DNA of 64,000 nt from an uncultured virus (IMG/VR IMGVR_UViG_3300022841_000001) (Duplodnaviria; Heunggongvirae; Uroviricota; Caudoviricetes; Crassvirales): IMG/VR virus record IMGVR_UViG_3300022841_000001; one strand, 5' to 3'. The translations under genes and the position numbers were made by a program. Under the pieces are notes generated by a model that had not been told where the DNA came from, ran no database searches, and saw only the letters and a list, made by a program, of their open reading frames with translations. Below are positions 33,438 to 43,194 of the stretch, piece by piece (position 1 is the first letter of the stretch; each line of letters opens with the position of its first letter).

Positions 33438-36400
33438 ATGGCAAACGTAACAACTCCAGTAATACAAATAAACGAAGGTAATGTAGGAATTGGTGTTACA
33501 ACACCTTCTGTAACTTTAGAGTTAAATAGCTCTGAGTCGAATCTAGCTACATTAAGAATAGGTAGGTCAACATCTCATACAAATTACTTAGAGCTAGGAA
33601 CCAGTGGTGGGTCTTCTGTTATTAATGCAATTGGTATTGCAGGGGTAAGGGCTAGTACAATATTTAGACAGTCAAACACGTCTGATTTTATTGAGTCAAT
33701 GCGTATTACTGAATCTGGAAGAGTTGGTATTGGAACTTCCAGCCCTAGTCACGAGCTACAGGTACAAAATAGCGTTAATAATAGTGATGTTGCTATTTCA
33801 GTAAATAATAGTTTTGATGACAATCTTCCTGATAGTAATCCTAATTCTGCTATTCTTTTATCTGCAACTAGTAATAACGCGCATCTTAGAGTTCACGGTG
33901 CCCCTAATGATGAGCAGGCTAAACATAGAGTTGATCTAGGTTCAACTGCTGGTGGTAGTTATTTAACTTTTTCTCCTAACGGTTCTGAAAAAGTAAGAAT
34001 TAGCGAAGGTGGTAGACTTGGTGTTGGTACTACTACTCCTGATGGAATCCTTGATGTTGTTCAGGGTAATTCTCAAATGCTTTTTTCTGGTGCTTCTAGT
34101 GATAGAAGTTATTTTAGGATTAAACATAATGCTATTCCTGTTGCAGGAGAGGAGCTTTCTATTTTTGATTTTGCTGGATTTAATTCTGCTAGTCAAGATA
34201 CTAGGTATGTTATATTAACAGCAAAAGCAGAAGTCGCAACTGATGGGTCAGAAGAAGGTTCGTTAAATTTTTCAACAATGAAAGCCGGAACGGCTACTCA
34301 AACTTTGACATTAAGATCTGCTAAAGTTGGTATTGGAACTGCGGATCCGGTGGGTGATTTGGAAATATTTTCTACTGACACTTCTGTTTTATCTCTTAGT
34401 TATAATGGAGGTGGAGGTACTGGTTCTAAAATAAATTTTAATCTTAAAGCATCAACTGTTGCTCAGCCTATAACAACCCAAATTGCTGCTATTGATGATG
34501 GAGCTTATAGACAAAATCTTATATTTTCAACTAAAACTGCAGCTAGTCATGATTCTGGAATAAGTGAAAGAATGCGTCTTACTCCTGACGGAAATTTAGG
34601 TATTGGGGTTACTACTCCTGGTGCTAAACTAGGTGTTGATGGTGGTGTCCGAGCAAGTCAAGGATTTTCTAATGATACTGATGGTCTTAAATTATCATAC
34701 CCAGGTGGAGGTTCTAATATTGCTCTAGGAAACGCAGGCGCAATTGGAGCTATAAAAATTACTTTACCCGTTTCTTGGACTAATACAATGATGCGAATGA
34801 CTATCAAAGTGTATGAGTACACGACAAATGAGTCATTTACTTTGGTATGTGGTGGTTATAATTATAGCGGCGGAAGTGCTTGGTTAGCACAGTTTGCGTA
34901 TATAGAGTCTCAAGCTAACCTTGATAGAAACTTTACGGTTAGGATGGGTCACGATGGCACTAAATGTTGTATATATATAGGAGAATTAACTTCATCTTGG
35001 CAATATCCTAAAGTATATGTTACAGACTTTGAAGCTGGTTTTAATAACGTTGGAGCATCAACTTGGCAAGATGGATGGGATATAAGTATGGAAACCACTG
35101 CTTTTGGAACTCTAACGTATACTAACACAAATACTCAGGTTAACAACTGGCAGAGAAGCGGTCAAGATGTTTACTATGGCTCTGGTTCAGGTAATGTAGC
35201 GATTGGAAATTCAAATCCTTCAGACTACAGTGCAGATGCTAATAACTTAGTAGTAGGTTCTTTATCTGGTAACAACGGTATAACTATATTATCAACGGCT
35301 TCTAGTGGATATGGCAGTATATACTTTGCTGATGGCGCCACTGAAAATAAAGTTTATTCAGGATTTATAAGGTATCAACATAATATATCTGATATGACTT
35401 TTGGCACTAATGAGGTTGAAAGAATGCGACTTACATTAGAAGGTTACCTTGGAATAGGTACAACAAATCCTGCCACGATTTTAGATATAGAAAGTGGAGA
35501 GAACTCAACAGACCCAGCTGTAGCAGATCCTCCTATATTAAGATTAACTAATAGAACAGCTGTTGCTTCCTGGGTGAACGGAGCTATAAACGGAGAGATT
35601 CAGTTCTACACAAAGGATACTAGTGGGAACGCTCCTTATATTACAGGATTTATAAAGTCTATCAATGAAAATGGAGGGTCATTACCTTCTGGTGGATTAG
35701 CTTTTGGTACAACTAAATATAATGAATCTGGTGGTGCAAGCGAAAGAATGCGTATTGACACTAATGGCAACGTAGGGATCGGGGCGACTAGTCCTGGGGC
35801 TAAATTGGATGTTAATGGAGATATACTTATAGGAACTACTGATAAAATAGGTTGGAGATATTCATCTGGAAACACTTCATACCAGTATATCACAGGTGTT
35901 GATCAAATATTAACTCTTACTGGAGGAACGTGGACAAGTAGCGCTACTCAAGCTGCGGTTAGAATGAACACTCAGCAAGGCCAGAAAATTACTTTATTAA
36001 ATAATGGTAATTTAGGGATCGGAACGACTAGTCCTAATACGAAGCTGGAGTTATCAATTGATTCTCCAAATTATGGGGATATGTTAACGTTAACAAATAC
36101 AAATATAGGTGGTGGATCTAAGAGGTCTGCTATGATTTATAGGCTTACTGATTCAGTAGGAACTATAAAAGATGCTGCTTATGTTCAAGTACAGGGAACT
36201 AATAATAATATAACAGGAGGAGCTGCTTATTCAATACACACTAGAAAAGGAGATGCGAATCCAACTGAATCTATGCGTATTGATTCATCAGGTAACGTCG
36301 GGATTGGGACTTCGAGTCCGGATGCTTTATTGGAAATAAGTGGGAATGCGGGCGCTGACCCCAGTCCAATAACAAAACCTACTACTTTCCGTATTACTGA

Positions 36401-36977
36401 TTCTGGGAATGCGGCAACTGGAAGTGGCGACACTACAAATCCTTGGGGAAAAATTGAATTTTATAGCGAAGATGTATCTTCAAGTGGCCCCGCTGTCCAA
36501 GCTCAGATATCAACAGTATATAGTAGTATTTATTCAAACGCATCTAGCTTAGATTTTAGCACCAGAACAACTCCGGCAGCAACGCTGACTACCAGAATGC
36601 GCATCACCTCCGCGGGCAACGTATCTATAGGAAACACCAATAACACCTACAAACTAGATGTTTCTGGAACAATAAGAGCAACAGGAGATGTAATTGCATA
36701 CTCTGATGCTAGAGTAAAAGACAATGTTGAAACAATTGAGAATGCTTTAGATAAAGTTACTCAACTGAGAGGTGTCTCGTACACTAGGAACGATGTAGAG
36801 GAAAAAACTACTAAAATTGGTGTAATTGCTCAAGAAGTATTAGAAGTGCTTCCAGAAGTCGTGCAACAGGACGATGAAGGTAAGTACTCTGTAGCGTATG
36901 GAAATATGGTAGGATTACTTATTGAATCTATTAAAGAATTGAAAGCAGAAGTTGATGAATTAAAATCTAGACTATAA
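33438..36977 (+). CDS. Long tail fibre with C-terminal intramolecular chaperone (peptidase S74)
   Basis: About 10 G(N/R)(V/L)GIG repeats; YSDARVKDNV...GVIAQEV...LLIESIKEL. Confidence 0.9.
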   Translation: MANVTTPVIQINEGNVGIGVTTPSVTLELNSSESNLATLRIGRSTSHTNYLELGTSGGSSVINAIGIAGVRASTIFRQSNTSDFIESMRITESGRVGIGTSSPSHELQVQNSVNNSDVAISVNNSFDDNLPDSNPNSAILLSATSNNAHLRVHGAPNDEQAKHRVDLGSTAGGSYLTFSPNGSEKVRISEGGRLGVGTTTPDGILDVVQGNSQMLFSGASSDRSYFRIKHNAIPVAGEELSIFDFAGFNSASQDTRYVILTAKAEVATDGSEEGSLNFSTMKAGTATQTLTLRSAKVGIGTADPVGDLEIFSTDTSVLSLSYNGGGGTGSKINFNLKASTVAQPITTQIAAIDDGAYRQNLIFSTKTAASHDSGISERMRLTPDGNLGIGVTTPGAKLGVDGGVRASQGFSNDTDGLKLSYPGGGSNIALGNAGAIGAIKITLPVSWTNTMMRMTIKVYEYTTNESFTLVCGGYNYSGGSAWLAQFAYIESQANLDRNFTVRMGHDGTKCCIYIGELTSSWQYPKVYVTDFEAGFNNVGASTWQDGWDISMETTAFGTLTYTNTNTQVNNWQRSGQDVYYGSGSGNVAIGNSNPSDYSADANNLVVGSLSGNNGITILSTASSGYGSIYFADGATENKVYSGFIRYQHNISDMTFGTNEVERMRLTLEGYLGIGTTNPATILDIESGENSTDPAVADPPILRLTNRTAVASWVNGAINGEIQFYTKDTSGNAPYITGFIKSINENGGSLPSGGLAFGTTKYNESGGASERMRIDTNGNVGIGATSPGAKLDVNGDILIGTTDKIGWRYSSGNTSYQYITGVDQILTLTGGTWTSSATQAAVRMNTQQGQKITLLNNGNLGIGTTSPNTKLELSIDSPNYGDMLTLTNTNIGGGSKRSAMIYRLTDSVGTIKDAAYVQVQGTNNNITGGAAYSIHTRKGDANPTESMRIDSSGNVGIGTSSPDALLEISGNAGADPSPITKPTTFRITDSGNAATGSGDTTNPWGKIEFYSEDVSSSGPAVQAQISTVYSSIYSNASSLDFSTRTTPAATLTTRMRITSAGNVSIGNTNNTYKLDVSGTIRATGDVIAYSDARVKDNVETIENALDKVTQLRGVSYTRNDVEEKTTKIGVIAQEVLEVLPEVVQQDDEGKYSVAYGNMVGLLIESIKELKAEVDELKSRL

Positions 36978-38494
36978 TGGCAGTACCTACTACAGGAACA
37001 CTTACATTGCTAAAAATGGCAAGAGAAGCTAAGTATGCTGATTACAATGGTACTCAGAGTATGGGTACCATTGCTATGTATGATATAGTGAATGGCGGTA
37101 ATACGCACGGATCAACAGTAAGTTACCCTGCGTTAAATAGAAACTGTTTACCAAACCCTTCTGGTAGTTTATATAATAGTGCTGTTGAACCTTGTTCACA
37201 AGGATTAGATGTGTCATTTATAATTGACTACACGGGTAGTATGGGGCCTCAGATCGAGACAGTAAAAAGCGGACTCTCTTCTGTAATAGCACATATAAAT
37301 ACAGAGTCAAGCAGCAACTATAGATTATCAATGATTACCGTTGATGAGAATACAAGTGGAACTCCAACTTATTCAGGATGTACTCAGTATACTAGTTTAC
37401 CGACAGCACAAAAATATAACATTGAAGGAAGTACAAATTTATTTCAAATCATAACGGCTTGGGAAATGTTCCCAGTAGGATCAACAAATAACAGTTCTAG
37501 TTTTACAACAGCGGTAGATAACTTAAATGGAGGAGTGTCAGGTGGTTCTTGTATTCAATTAGGACAAGGTAATGGAGTACCAGAACCTATGGATATAGGT
37601 CTTAACCTAGTTATTAACTCTACAAATTTTGTAAATAATTTTAGAGAATCTGCGGCTAAATATATTATAATGCTTACTGACGCTCCTCCTGGTGGAGGAG
37701 ATGATGCTTTTACGTCAGCAGATTACGATGCTCTTCAGATAACAACTGCTACCTGTGTATTTAGAGGTATTAAAGTATTTGTATTAGGGGCGGGTGTTAA
37801 CTCTAGTATAACAATAGATAGCACTACAAGATACCCTTGGAGGGAGTTAGCGGATCAAACAGGAGGAACTTGGGATACAACATATGACACGACAGATGTT
37901 GAAGATGATATAACTGTTGCTTGTCAATCTGATGGAGTATATCCTCCATATAATTTTTCAGATTGGTATGGATATGATCAAGACTGTACTACGGGAATAA
38001 CACCTTTTAATTCTTCAACTGTTCAACCTAGTGAAGCAAATGCATGTTCAGCTAAAATTAGTCAAACGTATTACCATAACGGATCAGCATCTGCTCCAGC
38101 TATAGGGGATGAATGTTATATCAATCAAAATCAAACAACAGTTTTAGCGGCAGGTTATTATTTAACATCCTCTAGTGGAGGCTTTAGAATAACAGGAACA
38201 GCAGGAACTATTGCATCTACTTTTACTTGTACTACTTTGACTAAGATTTATGGAACATTAATGACAAGTAAATTTTCATCTTCTGTCTGTGGAGAACCAG
38301 TTGCTCAGGAGTTATGGCACGATGGGGCATTTGGATTCCCAGGGAATGGAGATCACGTTTATACAGATGCTGCAGGAACAACAGCAGCTGCCTGGGCTGG
38401 ATATAAAGGATACTATAGCGTTAATGCAGGTAATGCGATGGCTGCTAGTAGAATAACAAGCGGGGTAGTTTCATCAGCGATTCTGTGTCCATAA
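36977..38494 (+). CDS. Fibre-associated protein with vWA domain and Cys-rich repeats
   Basis: MIDAS-type IIDYTGSM, MLTDAPP, LADQTGG. Confidence 0.8.
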   Translation: MAVPTTGTLTLLKMAREAKYADYNGTQSMGTIAMYDIVNGGNTHGSTVSYPALNRNCLPNPSGSLYNSAVEPCSQGLDVSFIIDYTGSMGPQIETVKSGLSSVIAHINTESSSNYRLSMITVDENTSGTPTYSGCTQYTSLPTAQKYNIEGSTNLFQIITAWEMFPVGSTNNSSSFTTAVDNLNGGVSGGSCIQLGQGNGVPEPMDIGLNLVINSTNFVNNFRESAAKYIIMLTDAPPGGGDDAFTSADYDALQITTATCVFRGIKVFVLGAGVNSSITIDSTTRYPWRELADQTGGTWDTTYDTTDVEDDITVACQSDGVYPPYNFSDWYGYDQDCTTGITPFNSSTVQPSEANACSAKISQTYYHNGSASAPAIGDECYINQNQTTVLAAGYYLTSSSGGFRITGTAGTIASTFTCTTLTKIYGTLMTSKFSSSVCGEPVAQELWHDGAFGFPGNGDHVYTDAAGTTAAAWAGYKGYYSVNAGNAMAASRITSGVVSSAILCP

Positions 38495-38504
38495 AAAATA
38501 TAAT

Positions 38505-39047
38505 ATGAAATTTATAGATAGTGATTTACAAGATTATATAGGCACTAACTTTAGTGTCTATAAGAGTCATAAAGGAGTTACTCAAATGGTATTCCCTAAC
38601 GGCATGGCATTGAAAAACGATATTAATTATACCCAAATAATATTAGGAAAATGCTCGGATTGTGATTATTTATATAAAGGCTTTTTTAAAGACTTTACAC
38701 ATGACAAAGTTTTAATTGCGGGATTAGGTTTCGGTTTAATCCCTCAGACTTTATCTGAAGTAAATAAGTGTAGTAAAATAGATGTTGTAGAAATCGATCA
38801 AGAAATTATAGATTATAATATTTCTTCAGGTCACTTGAATAGCGATATAGCTATTATAAAAAGTGATATATTTGATTACACAACAATAGAAAAATATGAT
38901 TTAATAATTATAGATACAATTTGGGATGAAGATGAAATGAGTGATGAACAGGTTCAAGCTTTAACTTCTAAATTTCTTACAACAAATTTAAACGATGGAG
39001 GAGTTTTATATATACCTCTAAAAAATAAATGGTTAATTAATAAATAA
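38505..39047 (+). CDS. Class I SAM-dependent methyltransferase / spermidine-synthase-like protein
   Basis: VLIAGLGFG, VVEIDQEII, YDLIIID, LNDGG. Confidence 0.8.
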   Translation: MKFIDSDLQDYIGTNFSVYKSHKGVTQMVFPNGMALKNDINYTQIILGKCSDCDYLYKGFFKDFTHDKVLIAGLGFGLIPQTLSEVNKCSKIDVVEIDQEIIDYNISSGHLNSDIAIIKSDIFDYTTIEKYDLIIIDTIWDEDEMSDEQVQALTSKFLTTNLNDGGVLYIPLKNKWLINK

Positions 39048-39052
39048 AAATT

Positions 39053-39421
39053 ATGATAAATTACGATTGGAATTGTAGGACTGTAGATGCTTACGTAGAA
39101 AAAGATAAAGATTCGGATGTAGTTTACAATGTACATTGGATAGTAACAGGTGTTTTAGATAACGAAGACCCAGAAGGTAACGCTTACTCTATTACAACTA
39201 TTGGAACACAGGTGTTAAATACAAGTACTATTGTAGATTTTATACCGTTTTCTGATATAACAAATGAAGAGGTTGTATCTTGGACAAAAGCAGCTATGGG
39301 TGAAGATCAAGTTAATAGTATAGAGTCTAGTATTGCTTCTCAGATAGATTCTTTGATTAATCCGGTAACAGTTACGTTAACTATTGGTGAACCGGTGCCT
39401 CCGGTTACTGAAGGTGAGTAA
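39053..39421 (+). CDS. Tail-fibre-associated protein
   Basis: DVVYNVHW...FIPFSDITNEEVVSW pattern; position after the fibre genes. Confidence 0.7.
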   Translation: MINYDWNCRTVDAYVEKDKDSDVVYNVHWIVTGVLDNEDPEGNAYSITTIGTQVLNTSTIVDFIPFSDITNEEVVSWTKAAMGEDQVNSIESSIASQIDSLINPVTVTLTIGEPVPPVTEGE

Positions 39422-39451
39422 TTGTTAGTATAGAAAATAAGTGTATATTTG
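39422..39451 (+). promoter_or_regulatory. Promoter for the packaging module
   Basis: TTG-N19-TATATTTG. Confidence 0.75.
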
Positions 39452-39483
39452 TTGTTAAATATTCATAATTTAAATCAAATCAA

Positions 39484-39756
39484 ATGTCAAAAAATTTAAG
39501 CAAGGAACAATTAGAGTTATTACAAGGTTTACAAAAAGATTTTAATCAATCAAAAATTGATATTGCTGATTGTGAAATTAAGAAGATTTCAGTAATTAAA
39601 GCATTGGAGGAAGTTCAGAGAAAATTTGCTGAACAAGAACAAATTTTAATGAAGGAGTTTGGTGAAAATGCAGTAATTAATTTAGAAACTGGAGAGGTAA
39701 AAGATCCTGAGTCAGAAACGACAGATGATGCTATTGACTTTGAGGAAGTAAAATAA
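39484..39756 (+). CDS. Coiled-coil protein
   Basis: Heptad pattern, INLETGEV. Confidence 0.7.
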   Translation: MSKNLSKEQLELLQGLQKDFNQSKIDIADCEIKKISVIKALEEVQRKFAEQEQILMKEFGENAVINLETGEVKDPESETTDDAIDFEEVK

Positions 39757-39776
39757 ATCTTGTAATTGTAATTATA

Positions 39777-39995
39777 ATGGATATAAGAAAAATTTCTATT
39801 GGAGCAGATTACAAGTCGGGGGCAATGCATTACATTGTTGGTCAGAATGTTCTTGGTGGTTCATATCTTATACGTCACATTATTTACGATATTGATTCAT
39901 ATAAAATTTGGATTATTAAGGGAGATGAGGTTTTGCTTTGGAAGGAGTTTAAAGCCACTCTTCCTATTTCTTTAGAATATAATATAAATTTTTAA
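39777..39995 (+). CDS. Conserved hypothetical protein
   Basis: IRKISIGADYK...AMHYIVGQ...WKEF. Confidence 0.75.
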   Translation: MDIRKISIGADYKSGAMHYIVGQNVLGGSYLIRHIIYDIDSYKIWIIKGDEVLLWKEFKATLPISLEYNINF

Positions 39996-40121
39996 AAATG
40001 ATTAGAGACTGGAAAGATATTTTGTATGATTCGTATAAGGATAAATATGATAATATCTCTGATAGCAATACTTCTGAAGAAGAGTCTGAAGATGCTTTAG
40101 TTAAAAATTAAATAAAATACA

Positions 40122-40685
40122 ATGCAATCACCATATAGTTTTATTGTCCAACCATACAATGGTAGGAGGTATGATAATATAAAACAATACGGAGACGTTG
40201 AATTTATTATGAGTTCTTCTGAGGAAGACCATAAATCCTCTAACCGTTTTGCCACAGTTGTTTCCACACCTTTGAAATATAATGGGCCAATTAAAAAAGG
40301 AGACACACTACTTGTTCATCATAACGTATTTAAGTTTTATAACGATATGTATGGAAATAGAAAAAGTGGAAAAAGTTTTTTTAAAGATGATTTATTTTTT
40401 GTAGATATGGATCAATTTTATATGTACAAGAATGATGAGGGCTGGAAGGGGTATAGTAAGTACTGTTTTGTAAAACCTTTAAAAGTAAAAGAATCTTATT
40501 TAAAAAAGACTTGTAAATATGAGCCTCTTACAGGGGTTGTAAAGTACATAAACCAAGAACTAATAGATAAGGGAGTAAAGGTAGGAGATACTGTCTTATA
40601 CCAGCCTGATTCGGAGTATGAGTTTAGGGTAGACGATGAGTTGCTTTACAGGATGTTTACAGATAACATTACTGTAGTTTTGTAG
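40122..40685 (+). CDS. Tandem GroES-like-fold protein
   Basis: Two repeats of FxVxP...GDT(L/V) resembling Cpn10 folds. Confidence 0.6.
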   Translation: MQSPYSFIVQPYNGRRYDNIKQYGDVEFIMSSSEEDHKSSNRFATVVSTPLKYNGPIKKGDTLLVHHNVFKFYNDMYGNRKSGKSFFKDDLFFVDMDQFYMYKNDEGWKGYSKYCFVKPLKVKESYLKKTCKYEPLTGVVKYINQELIDKGVKVGDTVLYQPDSEYEFRVDDELLYRMFTDNITVVL

Positions 40686-40691
40686 TAAGAT

Positions 40692-40967
40692 ATGGATGTA
40701 AATAAAATAAAGTTACAGATTATTGAGGCAGGTGAGCAAGCTGTTCAACAGTTGATTCAGGTTGCTAAAGAAAAAATAATAAAGTACGGGGAGGATGACG
40801 AGCTTGCTGCAGATAAATTAAAGAATGCTGCCGCTACAAAAAAGCTTGCTATATTCGATGCTTTCGAAATACTAAAAAGAATAGAACAGGAAAAGGACTC
40901 CTTAGAGGGAGTGGATAGAAAAAAAGATAATATACCAAAAGGATTTGCAGAATCAAGATCAACCTAA
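40692..40967 (+). CDS. Putative small terminase subunit
   Basis: Short helical protein overlapping the terL start. Confidence 0.5.
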   Translation: MDVNKIKLQIIEAGEQAVQQLIQVAKEKIIKYGEDDELAADKLKNAAATKKLAIFDAFEILKRIEQEKDSLEGVDRKKDNIPKGFAESRST

Positions 40968-43194
40968 CGAAATATATAGAGAGCTTGTAAACGTTGTTCC
41001 AAAAAATGTATTAGCTACTAAGAATAAAGCTAAGACTTGGACTTACGGATATAACGAAAAATATAACTTTGTGGTTATATCAAAGACTGGTCAGATTGGC
41101 CAGGTTCTCAGTATACAGGGATTGAATGTTGCACTACCTAAGTTATCAGGTGAAGTCTTTAAAAGGTCTGATAAAAAAGAAGATCAATACTGGGAACCTA
41201 AAGAGTTGCCAAAAGAATTATCTAAAATAAAATCTATTTTTCAATGGCACGGTTCTCCATCATCCTTCAAGGATAAATGGGTTGACTATATTGAAGAGCA
41301 ATTTGATTATAGGGAGAATGGCTTTTGGTTCATGAATAATGGAGAGCCTACTTATATAACTGGATCTCATTGGATGTATATTCAGCACACTAAAATTGAT
41401 GTAGGTCTTCCTGATTTTCGGGAAGCAAATAGAATATTTTATATACATTGGCAAGCGTGTAAAGCTGATAAAAGAAGTTTTGGTAATTGTTATTTAAAAA
41501 TTAGACGTTCAGGATTTTCCTACATGGGAAGTGAGGAGTGTGCTAATATTGGAACAATAACAAAAGATGCTAGAATTGGTATACTTTCAAAAAGTGGTGC
41601 GGATGCAAAAAAAATGTTTACAGATAAGGTTGTACCTATTTCGAATAACTATCCATTCTTTTTTAAGCCGATACAGGATGGTATGGATAAGCCTAAAACT
41701 GAATTAGCATATAGGGTTCCTGCTTCTAAAATTACTAAAAAAAATATGTATCTAATTGAAGAGCAAGAGCTTGAAGGCTTGGATACAACTATTGACTGGA
41801 GAAATACAGGAGATAACAGTTACGATGGTGAAAAATTAAAACTACTTGTACATGATGAGTCAGGGAAATGGGAACGTCCAGATAATATATTAAACAACTG
41901 GAGGGTAACAAAGACATGTTTACGTTTAGGTAGTAAGGTTATCGGAAAGTGTATGATGGGTTCTACATCTAATGCTTTGAATAAAGGTGGCGCAAACTTC
42001 AAGAAACTTTACGGAGATTCAGATTCAAAAAACCGAAATTCAAATGGTCAAACAAAAAGCGGTTTGTCTAATTTGTTTATTCCAATGGAGTGGAATATGG
42101 AAGGTTTTATTGACCTCTATGGTATGCCTGTGTTTAGAACTCCTAAAAAACCTGTAAAAGGTATTGATGGTGAGATGATCCACCAAGGAGCAATTAATTA
42201 TTGGCAAAACGAAGTGGACTCTTTGGCTAACGATCCGGATGCTTTAAATGAATTTTATAGACAATTTCCTAGAACAGAATCTCACGCTTTTAGAGATGAA
42301 AGCAAACAATCTCTTTTTAATCTTACTAAAATATATCAGCAAATTGACTATAATGATTCATTGATAATGGGTCAGAATATGACTCAGGGTTCATTTTCCT
42401 GGCATAATGGAATACAAGATAGTAGGGTAATATGGTCGCCTGATAAAAGAGGTAGATTTTTCGTAACTTGGTTACCTGAAAGTAGATTACAGAATAATGT
42501 TATTATAAAAAACGGAAAGAAGTATCCTGGCAATGAGCATATTGGGTCTTTTGGATGTGATTCATATGATATTTCTGGGGTTGTTGTCGGTACTGGGTCA
42601 AATGGTGCGTTGCATGGATTGACTAAGTTTAATATGGATAACGCACCAAGTAATGAATTCTTTCTAGAGTACATAGCGAGACCACAGACTGCTGAGATAT
42701 TTTTCGAAGAAGTACTTATGGCTTGCGTGTTTTTTGGAATGCCAATATTGGTTGAGAATAATAAACCTCGACTTTTATATCATTTTAAAAACAGAGGTTA
42801 TAGAGGGTTTAGTATAAATAGACCTGATAAAACATTTAATAAATTATCTAAAACAGAAAAAGAATTAGGAGGAATACCTAACTCAAGTGAAGATGTAAAA
42901 CAATCTCACGCTTCTGCAATAGAGTCGTATATAGAGAAGCATGTAGGTCTTGATATAGCTGGTAATTATAGAGATAGTGAAGATATGGGAATAATGTATT
43001 TTCAAAAAACTTTAGAAGATTGGGCTAAATTTGATATAAATAATAGAACAAAATTTGACGCTTCTATAAGTTCGGGGTTAGCTATTATGGCAAATCAAAA
43101 GCACCTGTATACTCCTACTCAAGAAAAAACAAAAATAAGCGTTAGCTTTGCTACATATAATAACAAGAATTCAGTTAGTCAATTACTTAAATAA
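40945..43194 (+). CDS. terL: Terminase large subunit (TTG start)
   Basis: LKIRRSGFS Walker A variant, VHDESGKW Walker B, GSTSN; nuclease motifs GCDSYD, VENN and FDASISSGLA. Confidence 0.92.
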   Translation: MQNQDQPNEIYRELVNVVPKNVLATKNKAKTWTYGYNEKYNFVVISKTGQIGQVLSIQGLNVALPKLSGEVFKRSDKKEDQYWEPKELPKELSKIKSIFQWHGSPSSFKDKWVDYIEEQFDYRENGFWFMNNGEPTYITGSHWMYIQHTKIDVGLPDFREANRIFYIHWQACKADKRSFGNCYLKIRRSGFSYMGSEECANIGTITKDARIGILSKSGADAKKMFTDKVVPISNNYPFFFKPIQDGMDKPKTELAYRVPASKITKKNMYLIEEQELEGLDTTIDWRNTGDNSYDGEKLKLLVHDESGKWERPDNILNNWRVTKTCLRLGSKVIGKCMMGSTSNALNKGGANFKKLYGDSDSKNRNSNGQTKSGLSNLFIPMEWNMEGFIDLYGMPVFRTPKKPVKGIDGEMIHQGAINYWQNEVDSLANDPDALNEFYRQFPRTESHAFRDESKQSLFNLTKIYQQIDYNDSLIMGQNMTQGSFSWHNGIQDSRVIWSPDKRGRFFVTWLPESRLQNNVIIKNGKKYPGNEHIGSFGCDSYDISGVVVGTGSNGALHGLTKFNMDNAPSNEFFLEYIARPQTAEIFFEEVLMACVFFGMPILVENNKPRLLYHFKNRGYRGFSINRPDKTFNKLSKTEKELGGIPNSSEDVKQSHASAIESYIEKHVGLDIAGNYRDSEDMGIMYFQKTLEDWAKFDINNRTKFDASISSGLAIMANQKHLYTPTQEKTKISVSFATYNNKNSVSQLLK

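Noticed and set aside
32031..38494. Diversity-generating retroelement or invertase shufflon acting on the fibres
   Set aside because: No reverse transcriptase or recombinase gene, no TR/VR pair noticed, and all modules are in the same orientation
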